A DNA stretch of 64,000 nt from Tubulanus polymorphus (taxonomy: Eukaryota > Animalia > Nemertea): the NCBI RefSeq assembly GCF_964204645.1, contig NC_134026.1, forward strand, positions 31,096,150 to 31,160,149, written 5' to 3'. The notes below the pieces were generated by a model. It was not told the DNA's origin and made no database searches. It saw nothing but the letters and a program-made list of their open reading frames with translations. Numbering within the stretch: the stretch's first letter is position 1; every line of letters begins with the position of its first letter. The translations under genes and the position numbers were made by a program. Of the stretch, positions 42,105-53,800 are shown piece by piece.

Positions 42105-45100
42105 ATGAATGAATTAGTTTTCCTATGGGGCCCATCAAATGTGGTAAGAAATATAAGATGGAAGAAATATTCTATACGCTATCATGCCATGGCTTATGAG
42201 AGTGTCCGTAGTTTATTCTGGATTTATGTGTGGCCAAAACGAATGCACCCAGTAGTTTTTCAAATGCCACCTAGATGGCGGCAAAGTCTGGTCGAATATT
42301 TTTTCGGAATCGCTTGCGGTCAAACGCCGGGACGATTAGAAAATAATTGATAATTCACGAATTTCGTTCTCATTTTCAGGGGAAATCGATTCACTGTCAT
42401 TCTTTATCGGGTTTGAGTTTATCATCGACGAAATGGTTCGCAGAAAATCCCGAATCAGGATTGCGTTCATTTATTATGCACGCAACATCACTAATCAAAG
42501 AGGTAAAAATGCATTTTTGTTGCCTTTTTAATGTTTTTCACTTTGTTTTGTTGAAACTTTAGAACTCTTTGATTTTAGAGTAAGAAAGTCATTATAGATG
42601 ATGACACCACATTGAAAGTTCGTAAAGCATTTATTGACTTCATAAAGAAGAAGGTATTTAAGAGATTTTATGCCAATGATGATAGTGAAAATTATGAAAT
42701 CTGAAGTATATGTTGTCCATGATTTCAGTTGGATATAAGATGCAAGTTTTCGTGCATCAAATGCTTCCCAAAGTTCGGTACAGATCAACTATTATGGGCT
42801 AGAGAATTCAGGAGAGCCGAGATAGCAAACGAAAGCATTGAAAGAGTCCATATTACTATTGACGATGGCGTCTTAGACTCGTGGAAATATAACGATAGTC
42901 AATTACATTGTTTACCAGGTTAAACATACACATGATATTCAGAATCGTTTTGTAAAAAAAAATATTTCAATCCTTTTCAAAATTCATCTGTTTGATATTT
43001 GTAGACTGTCCATCGAAAACCGAGGAAAACTTAGAGATTACAGAAATAAAGTTGCCTTTGATCTTTCATTCGTTTTATAAGGTCATCCATTCTCCTATTT
43101 GAATAACGAACTCATAGATCGTCATATGTCACGTACTAAGTATGTTTTGTTGTATGTTTACAGGCAGATAAACCATGTTTATTAATTGAACGCGAATGTT
43201 TTATAAATACTGATGCTTCAAAACTTAAAAACATCATTTCTCATTGGTTGAATTTAAACCCTATAGGATGGATAGTAGTAATTACTCCTTATTCACCAGG
43301 TATAGTATATATCTTGCACATTTTGAGATGAAATATAGTGGAAAATGTTATGCAGAATGAGTTTGTTTACGGTGCTATTTCAGGATCAAGTTTTCAATCA
43401 CGTTTATCAAAACAGAATGAAGTTCTTAGACATTTTATCACGCAGGTAAATGAGGAAAGTGTTTGTCGATTCTTTCGATATTATGAATTTTCAAATTGAA
43501 TGAACGGTTGTTTTTTAAATACAGTTAGAAGTTCCGATTTATGAAGTGAGTTTAGATGAAGCAATCGGAAAGAGCTCATTTTTACAGCCTCCACAAAGTG
43601 GATTATTAGCATTCATTCATAGATTGTTCCTCATCAATTTACATCATAAGGTAATTAATAATTATCACACTATAGACTCCTTACTAAATTCGGTGCATTT
43701 ACTGAAAAGGTTCGCTTGTTAATTCACTACTGAACAAGGCAGGACCAATTGTATTTACAGTAGATATGTCCAGTAATTGTCAGTAATCATGATTTTCCTC
43801 TAATAGAGAATTGTTTATACTTCAGTACACGTTGCTTCTGTGTCAGTCTCCAAATCTCATCAAATGTGCAATAAATATTGGAATGAAATACATGAAGGTA
43901 AAATAACGAAATGAAAATATTCCTGAACGTTCGAGAAAATTGCATTCACTCGATATTTTACCTGTTTCAGAATGAAAAAGTGTTAAAAGACCCTAAACTG
44001 GTATGTCTTGAAATAGAAAGCTCAATTTCAGTCACTGGATTCGAGAAATGGGTCATAGTTTTCACAATTAATGTTACAGATAGTGTGCAATCAGGCATTT
44101 AATAAACCTGCAATACCCGAGATGTTGTCAAGCATAGAAACTAAATGGATGTTGGATACAGAGCCAGATTTAACTATACCTCTACAACATCTAAACAGAC
44201 GGCAAACTGAAAACAACTGGCTTCATATCCACCACGATGTTGGACACGGGATTTCTGTGCATCTATTCTGCAAAGATGAAATGACGTTAGGAAGGTATGA
44301 TGAAATTTCTCGTCAAGTTCAGATCACCAGCATTGAACACGAAATAAGATTTAGATTGAATATTTTTTCTGATCTGATGCAGATTCACTGAGAAGCACAT
44401 CGAAACGAGTACTCCAATACATGAATCAGGAAGTAGACTAGTACCAGACACAGCCGACCGAGTGGAGTTTCTCAACCCGACTTTTGATCAAGATGAAAGT
44501 ATTCTAGAAACGACGACATCTGAACAACGTCCCCGTGAAAACAGATCAATAGAATCATCGAAACCTAAGACAGTTGTTTTATCATCACCTAATAAACGTC
44601 AATTACCGGCTTGGATGAATACATCGCCTAAAAAACATAAATATGTCAAACGGTAAATATAGGTCCCACACCTGAAGAGTAAAACTTCAAGGTCTCTTTT
44701 TTCTTGCTGGTGACAAATGGCACGAGAAACTCCTTCAGAAGAAACAGAGGGAATTGTGGTTCCCTGATTTTTATGAATCCAGCACAGTCATGATTAGGTG
44801 CAATGAGGGTGGATTCTAAAATGCATGAATGTTACACAAGGTTTTGATGAATCTTTGATTCAATTGTTTTCATATGGATTTATTTTTTTAGAGGAGTTAT
44901 AACAACTAAATATATCCTGACTCCTGATGAACTTGTACAAGTTGCTAAACAAGTATTGGACCAGGTAAACACTGAATTAATGTTCAAATAATCAATGAAT
45001 GTTTTTATTTTGATTTGTTGTTGATATTTGTTTTAGGAAAATAGTGATGAGGAAATGACGGAAATGCAGCAGCCTGTTACAGATGCACCAGATCAGCAGC

Positions 45101-45636
45101 AGCCTGTTAAAGATGCAATGGATCAGCAGCTCCCTGTTACAGGTGCAATGGATCAACAGCTACCTGTTACAGGTGCAATGGATCAGCAGCAGCCTGTTAA
45201 AGATGCAATGGATCAGCAGCTCCCTGTTACAGGTGCAATGGATCAGCAGCTACCTGTTACAGGTGCAATGGATCAGCAGCTACCTGTTACAGGTGCAATG
45301 GATCAGCAGCTCCCTGTTACAGGTGCAATGGATCAGCAGCTACCTGTTACAGGTGCAATGGATCAGCAGCTACCTGTTACAGGTGCAATGGATCAGCAGC
45401 TACCTGTTAGAGGTGCAATGGATCAGCAGCTACCTGTTACAGGTGCAATGGATCAGCAGCTACATGTTACAGGTGCAATGGATCAGCAGCTACCTGTTAC
45501 AGATGCACCAGATCTAGCAAACAGCAGTAAACATAGACTTGAAGAAGATAAGACGGATCAAAACCAGAAACTGAATCCAATCTCGAATAATGTAAAGAAA
45601 CAAACTGAAATCGATTTGTCATTTTTAGATTTTTGA
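42105..45636 (+). CDS. Uncharacterised polynucleotide-kinase-like protein: P-loop kinase, degenerate HAD-like domain, Ku-binding/CYREN-like module, 10-aa repeat tail (14 exons)
   Basis: Phase-consistent GT-AG exons 42105-42143, 42380-42502, 42579-42653, 42729-42918, 43005-43081, 43164-43299, 43384-43445, 43525-43650, 43826-43897, 43971-44000, 44080-44294, ~44382-44652, ~44892-44964, 45037-45636. Motifs: ELVFLWGPSNV|GKS, KKVIIDDDTTLKVRKAF, QPPQSGLL, CAINIGMKY, KRQLPAWM, TKYILTPDELVQVAKQVL. Confidence 0.8.
45065..45513 (+). repeat. Coding 30-bp tandem repeat (AMDQQLPVTG), ~15 copies
   Basis: In frame within the last exon of the PNK-like gene. Confidence 0.9.
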
Positions 45637-45728
45637 TCTTTTTATTGCGATTTTTATATTTTAATAAAATATACACAGGAAAGTTTTAAATGCAAGTTTT
45701 GGTAAATTGAATGAGGGTTGAATCGAGG

Positions 45729-47718
45729 TTAGAATGATTGAACAGATTTTAAACAGCGATCTTTGAAAAACACATGATTCTTAGCTTTGATTTGTTTGGC
45801 GACTGATTTGAAGAAAGACGTCAGGGCTGGAGTGTTTTTCGGTCTTTTTTTCATTGGTTCATCATCATCTTCATCATCCCTGAAACATTAGAGACATCAT
45901 CACTATAATCATCTATACTGGAATTGATGTTTTGACAAATATTGAATTAGTCCAATTTGCTGAGACGAGCATCATGTTGATAACAAATCAAAATGATCTA
46001 CATCGATGGTAAAATAAATTAGAAATTGGGACTTCAAAAAGAGATGACTTCAGAAATTTGACTGAGTTTGACTCGTGAACATACCAATGAACAGGAACAC
46101 ATTTCTTCTCTATTGCGGAGTATGCTGTAGACCAACTTATACGCACAAAATGTGGAAAACCAAATACTGGATCAATACTGTCGACCATGAACTTCTTAGT
46201 TTGTGGATCTGGAAGGAGAAAAATTTATACTGACGAAATATCAACTTAAAATCAGCATCAAATTAATAGATTTTGAAGAAGGGGACATTCATTCCTAAAG
46301 ATGGATGTATTTTAGGCATTATTTACAAAGAAAAGATGGTCAAATTTCGTCCCCTCTTCTTTAAACACGTATATGTACTTTATAAATGGGAATTTAAACA
46401 GTACCTGCAGGATAACCCGAACCAAAACCACCTTCTGGAACTTTGATCTTTTCACCCTCAGTAAATTCCCATGATTTGGTGGCCCTATCTCTCGCTACCT
46501 AGAAATAAATGTTTGTAATAATCAAAAATACGATCGTCATAAACTATAGGAAATAATATCGAAATATAACTTACTTTAGCACAAATACTGGCAGCACTGA
46601 CTATAGGGTAGATACTATCAGCCTTTTTAGCTACTGTGATATTCAAATTTGGGAATATTTTCGATAGTTTCTCCTGATATTTCTCGGGAGGTCCAACTGT
46701 ATCTACATAAACCTATAACGTAACAGATAATCTATCACTGAGTTCTCAGTGTAACATCTAATGTAATATCTAATGTAATACCTAGTTAAATATCTAGTGT
46801 AAAATATCTAGTGTAAAATATCTAATGTAACATCTTGTGTAATATCTAATGTAATACCTAGTTAAATATCTAGTATAATATCTAATGTAAAATACCTAGT
46901 GTAATATCTAATGTAATATCTAATATAATGACTGGTGTAATGTCTAGTGTAATACCTAGTGTAATATCTAATGTAATGGCTGGTGTAATATCTAGTGTAA
47001 TACCTCAGTTAGATTGACACCTCTTTCAATGGACCTCTGTATGAGACCAATAGCTGTATCATGAGATATCGCATTCAGATTATATTTCGCTCTGGAAAAT
47101 AAATAAGAAATAGAGAAAATAGAGACGACTTCTTGAGTTTGAATGTGGAAACTTTGTAAATCTGACAACCTTTTCAGCATACTAGTTGATATATAGTGAG
47201 GTGAGAGTATATCAACTGTCCAACCAATCATTTCTTCTGCTTCTTCTAATTTTGTAAATAATTCTTCGCGTTGTTCTTCAGTCAAAGTCTTTGAATCTGT
47301 TATAATGAAAATATATCGAATATTGCTATTTCAATTCGAATTCGGTCAAACTTGTGACACCTATCAACATCATATATTCTACTCACCCGCAAAACCAATT
47401 TCTTTTAATTTGTCGTTGCTTGCAACTGGGCAATATGATATTCCATACACCATCGGGCCTAAAATCAAAATCATACATCATTAATATAGCGTCCGGCGTT
47501 ATAGGACCCGAACATCGACAAACTTTCCACCAGCTGGTGCTGCCATCGGGCGGTATTAACGAAAATTAAACATATATATTTGCTTATTTACCTAAAACTG
47601 GACCCCTTCCAGCTTCATCAATACCCAGACAACACGGTTCAACCTTACATATCTCCGGAACATCACATTCTAATTTGAGATTTTGAGTATTATTATCCGT
47701 GAAACGTTTTATATCCAT
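45729..47718 (-). CDS. RNASEH2A: Ribonuclease H2 subunit A, multi-exon
   Basis: [18 protein letters not shown]; [13 protein letters not shown]; [12 protein letters not shown]; [13 protein letters not shown]; [21 protein letters not shown]; GSGYPADP; C-terminal PIP-like LTSFF. Confidence 0.97.
46748..47003. repeat. Intronic ~13-bp degenerate tandem repeat
   Basis: (TGTAATAYCTAR)n directly abutting a RNASEH2A splice donor. Confidence 0.85.
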
Positions 47719-47859
47719 CTTCATTCGGAGGAAAGTCCAATAAAATTCAATTCAATTCAAACCGGAAGCAGGAAGTGTTCAACTGGTTGAACTAAAAACC
47801 GAAACGAAACTACATTGAATACTATTTTCTGGAAAATTTCTGAAGAAAATAATTTGAAG
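47719..47859. promoter_or_regulatory. ~140-bp bidirectional promoter RNASEH2A/VPS51 with ETS-like sites
   Basis: Divergent ATGs at 47718 and 47860; ACCGGAAGCAGGAAGTG at 47761-47777. Confidence 0.6.
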
Positions 47860-50800
47860 ATGAATCCAGGTAAATCCAGGAGTGTCGGTATATAGTGATC
47901 CCTGCGGGAGGGAGGGGCTGCTGCAGCTGGTGGGGCGAGAAGAGAGAACTCAGTCTCTTATCCATATCTTCCCCTACCCCCTAACTAAATAACTAAAACC
48001 CTTACCTTTATTATTGCCTTGGCTTTTGTGTTTTCTTATTCATTTAGATTCAGGCTAGTTACCCCCTAAATTGCAGTTGAGTTATACACCCGCTAAAAAA
48101 GTGACCCCTTTTTATCTGATCCTTACCCCCTAAACTGCAATTTAACCAACAACCAGTTGAGCAGTTTTCAATATATATACTCGATGTCTAATTTTGCCGC
48201 AGGTGAAGATGAAGACAGTCAGAGTAAACGACGTAAACATGGAATGCTTAAGATGTATTACGGAATAGCAGACGATCAGAGCGGAGCGTCTGCTTCTATT
48301 GATCCGTGCGATATTAACGGAGCTCATTTCAAAGCTGATATATTCTTGAATAAACTCCTCCGCGAGAAGAGTCTCGCTGAGTTAATGGATAAAGAGTCTG
48401 AGATGGTTAAGAATATTAAATCCCTAGACAGTGATATGCAGACATTGGTTTATGAGAATTACAACAAGTTTATCAGTGCTACTGATACTATTAGAAAGGT
48501 CAGGTTACAGATTATTCACGGGCTTTGACGCAACCTTGTTTATCCCCAGGGACGAGTTCCATAGTCATGACTTAGACTTTAGGTCTAAGACCAGACTAAA
48601 CTCATTTTGTTTCTATAACCAATCTAACAACTAAGACCAGTAGTCAAGATTTGAGATCATTTTTTGGACTTTTTAAGTCTCAACTATGGAACTGTCACCT
48701 GTATCCTAGTAAGACAATTACTTGGATATTTGGGGTAAACAAGTTTGTGTCAGGACCTTTTGCATACTCCAAATGCTTTTTATCCAAATGGCTTTTATTA
48801 AAGTCTTCTTGCCGTTATAGATGAAGAATGATTTTAAGAAGATGGAAGATGAAATGGATCGTTTAGCTACGAATATGGAATCAATAACAGAATTCAGCGG
48901 TCGAATTAGTACAACATTACAGGATCGTAGACAACAGATCACTAAACTAGCCGGAGTTCATATACTACTTAAAAAGGTTCAATTTAACAATCTGAAGCAC
49001 GTCTCTAAATGTTTTTCTTACACGTTTTTGTAAATGTTTCTTTCTCTGATTTCAGCTTCAATTCCTATTTGAATTACCAGCGCGTCTTAAAAAGTGTATT
49101 GAAATGAAAGCTTACAGTCAGGCAGTGCGGTATGATATCTACTTGTATATTACCTACTGCCGTATTACCGGTATTACTGTATTGTATTCTGATTTCTATC
49201 GTATTTTCCAGATATTACACGAAAGCTCAGAAAGTTTTATGTCACTATCAGGACATGCCTTCATTTCACGGTATACAACAAGACTGTAATGAAATTGTCA
49301 AAGAACTGCGATCGAAATTGAAAGAGAAATTCCGCGATAAAGAGGTGGTGTTTTACCCTTGGAAAATTCTAGTATTTCGCTTTCTATCAGTATTGTAAAC
49401 ATGGATATTTTATCTGATCATTTTTCAGTCAACTCCGAAAGAATTAGCTGAATGTGTCGATTTGTTGCTACAATTGAATGAACCAGCTGAAGAACTATGT
49501 GAGGAATTCTTATCTCAGTAAGTGTGTTAGTTAACAGCCAATTAACCAGCCAGCTTACTTCATAAACTATTCAACCAGCCAGCTAACTGCACAAACCAGT
49601 CCGTCAGCCAACCATCTAGCGAGGTGACCACCAAACCAGTTGACCAGCCAGACATCCATCTTTTTATTTTTCAGTGCTCAGCAGAAAATAGATGAAGATC
49701 TTCAGAAGTTGGAGTATCAGTTAAAATTACAATCAGGAGAAATAGAACCAAAAACTACAACTGAAGTTGAACGTCCTTCAGATGTTTATCTAGACGTCAA
49801 TTTACCGGTGGTAAGATCAATATTCATTTCGTTTATGATTAGAATGAAAAATATTCACAAGAATTTTACAAAATCATCGAAGCAACTTTTCTGCCTATTT
49901 CAGAAAGAGCAGCCAGTGGTGTGTTTTATATTGTATTTATTGGGCATGATTCATAGAAAGTAACAAATAACGTCACCCTTTTAGATAAAGAATATTCCTC
50001 GTATTATTTAATAGTGTAAAACTCAGGATTCAGTTCCACAGTTTGCTGGTTAAGATTCAACCTTGAGTTATGATTAGTTCATAACCGATGTTTTAACTCT
50101 ATTGAGTCTAAAATCTAGAACAGGTAAAACTGTAGAACCGAGTCCTGGGTAAAACTAGTTACTAATTGTGTTTGTAGATGTTTAACTTTGTGAGTTAAAG
50201 ATGGTGGAAATTATACTTAATCATTGCACGATTTAGAATTGTTCCAGAAAATGCATGTCACACCTTGTTTTGATCATTTTAAATGTAGTTTAGTTAAAAA
50301 TTTTAGATATGATACATTAATTTTACATAGAAATCCAACAAAAATTAACCATTAACCAATTCATAGTTATATTCATACTTTCACTTATTACTAATACATG
50401 TGTTATTTTTATGTGCACAGCTTTAAAATGTTCACCTTTTTCTGTGTGTGATGATTCATCTTTTGGGCCCATTTGCTGCCAGGACCCAGTTCACAAACTT
50501 GTCCGGTTAAATTTGACTCCAAAATTAGAATTCATTCTCGATGTTTTATCTCTGGAGTCAAATTCTAACCGTGGAACTGCATCCATGTTGATAGATACCA
50601 CAGTAACAGTTTTAATTGTTAAGTCAGTTATCCACTTATTTACTCTAGCCTACTTTTAGGACAACTAAACCTCTGAAGGTTCAATAGAAATTGCTCTAAC
50701 GATTCTATTTTAGAACTGTTTAAAATGTTTTACTTCATTGTAGTTGATTTTAACAAGAATTTTCTTTCTGAAATGCTGTAGGATATTTTGGAGTTTATTG

Positions 50801-53800
50801 ATATCGGTTGTAATGGTTTTCTCAGTAACGTGTGTCTGGTGATTGCTGTTTACAATGATATGTTCCTCAAAGGAGAAAGGTATGAAATCAATCTCTCCGA
50901 TCCTCCCCTCCCCCCTCCCCAGTCCTACGAATAGTCAGTGAATATTGAGATGATGTCTATTTATGTTACAGTGAATCTTTTGATGGCATCGCTTTGAAGA
51001 AATTAGTTATATTTATAAATGGATTGATGGAAAGATATTTCTCTTTTGTGGAAAGACGAGTTCAACTTGAGGTAAGATTAATTTCTATCAACTGCTAGGA
51101 CACAGGGCTCTTATAGATCAGCAGAAAAAATCGGGGAATTCCAAATCTGATTTTCCCTGCATCAAAAATCTGAGAATTGACCATCGACCCATCGCCTTTT
51201 GGGCCGACCACGCTTTCTGGCTCCTTCAGGGATGCCCTGGAAAATGGTATTGGCCATTAACCCTTGGGCTCTCATCATGTGGCCAGACCAGAACATCTTC
51301 TTTGGTTTGAAAACAACTAGCTGATTAGACTGCCTCTTGAGTCTAGACCTGTTGAAATCTATCCTGATTGCAAGTAGCAGTTTTATTTATTTGTTTGTTT
51401 ATTTCACAGAAAGCGACAGGTGATAATACGATTCTAGTTCGAGCTTTAGATCGATTTCACAGACGTCTTCAAGCGATGAATAAATTGCTACCGGATACGG
51501 ATTTCTCTCGAGCTGGGATGGATATTGTACGGAGAGCCACTCGCGACCGCGTCGAACATTATCTTCAATCCTGTCGACAAAACTTTTCTGGTGCGTTATT
51601 CACATCACGTCAATGTTACATATGTCAAAGAAAAAGGGTACATTGTCAAAAACAATAGATAGATAATGTCAGAAAAGGATATTTTCTGTAGAAAAATGCA
51701 GAATTTTGTTTAAAATTCTGTAAACAAATCTAATTTTTCCTGCTGAAAGCTACTGCCACAAGAATTAAGTTTTCTAAGTGATTTGTGGTAGAAGATTTGA
51801 TAAGACACTCAGATCTTACCCTCGGGTTTTCATTTCTACTCGCTATGATTCATTATTGAATAATCATTTGTAGATTGTTTGACTGACATCAGACAAACTC
51901 TCGCCGCGCCTCGACTTGTAGCTAAAAACGAAGGTTTATCCGGTCTGGCGGAATTATTGAATATGACCATCAGTTCAGTTGTCGATCAAGTGAAATCAGT
52001 TTTAGTAAATCTTCAAGCGTTTATAGCGTCTGATATCACGTTCGCGATGAAGTCATATTTTCGAGGTCCGTTTTGCACGGAGGATGTAAGAGAAGGTCTC
52101 GTTGTCAGCTTTATAAAACACATTCTACAAGTATGTAAGGTAAGGTCTATAACCGTTGATGAAGTTCATCTTGTAATGATATAAGATCAGGGTCCGATCT
52201 AAGCACTTGTCCGATTGCCCGGGACAAGTATATTCTCATCAGGGCAAGTAAGTTATCATTATTACTTGTCCGCTGGGCTAGTGCAATTTCATTTCACATA
52301 ACTTTTTTCCCACTCGATACAACGGATGATAGTGCCACCAATCAGACTGCCTGTGTAGGGCAAGTAGCTTTTGGAGGGGGCAAGCGAAATTTCAGATATG
52401 CTTGCCCCCGGGCAAGTGGCTTTCATTCCTTAGATCGGACCCTGAAGATGCAACACAGTTCCTCTGTTATCAGTCTATTGATTTTCTCTGTTGATTTATT
52501 ACAGGAATTTTGTCAAGGAACCGCTGATAAGGGTTCAGCTGCTCCTGCTTTACTATTGATTTTATCGCGGTTGTGTCAAGATTTAGAATCATCCACCATA
52601 CATTACCTTGTAAGTACCTCCATCTGTTTTTGATTGGACTCCACAGATTCGGGAATTATCTCCTGGCTCAGAATACACTCTACCTATTCCAGAATAGTAT
52701 AATCTGTATGTAAACACGTAAACAACCAGGGCCCAGTTGCATAGTCAAGGCTTAGACTTAAGACCCGTCTAAGACCAACTTAGTTCTATAGCTAATCTAT
52801 TAACTTAAGACCAGTCTTAAGATTTAAGACCACTTTTGGACTCAAGTCATGACTGTGCAACTGGCCCCAGGGGCTGGTTGCATAGTCATGGCTTAGACTT
52901 AAGACCCGTCTAAGACCAACTTAGTTCTATAGCTAATCTAACAATTTAAGACCAGTCTTAAGATTTAAGACCACTTTTGGACTCAAGTCATGACTACGCA
53001 ACTGGCCCCAGGGGCCGGTTGCATAGTCATGGCTTAGACTTAAGACCCGTCTAAGACCAACTTAGTTCTATAGCCAATCTAACAACTTAAGACCAGTCTT
53101 AAGATTTAAGACCACTTTTGGACTTAAGTCATGACTGTGCAACTGGCCCCAGGGGCTGGTTGCACAGTCATGGCTTAGACTTAAGACCAGTCTAAGACCA
53201 ATTTAGTTCTATAGCCAATCTAACAACTTAAGACCATTCTTAAGATTTAAGACCACTTTTGGACTTAAGTCATGACTGTGCAACTGGCCCCAGGGGCTGG
53301 TTGCATAGTCATGGCTTAGACTTAAGACCCGTCTAAGACCAACTTAGTTCTATAGCTAATCTAACAACTTAAGACCAGTCTTAAGATTTAAGACCACTTT
53401 TGGACTTAAGTCACGACTGCGCAACTGGCCCCAGAAGCTACTAGTGGTAGTAGAGAGATTGACATTGGTCTCTTGGTCTCTACGAATTCGGGAATTTTCT
53501 TCTAGTGTGCTCGTTCGACCAACATACGCTCTACCTATTCCGGGATAGCATAATCTCTCAATCTGATAGAGAAGCCGGTAGAGAGTTTTGTAGGTTTTGA
53601 TTGGTCTCTACCTACGTTCTCTTTGAATGGTCTCAGTCGCATCTGTCTCGACCAGAATATACTCAACCTATTCCAGAATAGCTGAAAGAGAAACAGCCAG
53701 TAGGGAGTAGAAGGATAACCACACTCAAACGTGGTGAACGGATAACAAGATAAAAAACCCGCTACTCTACAGACACCTGACGATGATCTCTAGGGTGAGA

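Noticed and set aside
51180-51300. Possible intronic H/ACA snoRNA (hairpin followed by ACA); similar hairpins at 39460-39550 and 33010-33170
   Set aside because: No convincing ANANNA H-box or pseudouridylation pocket.
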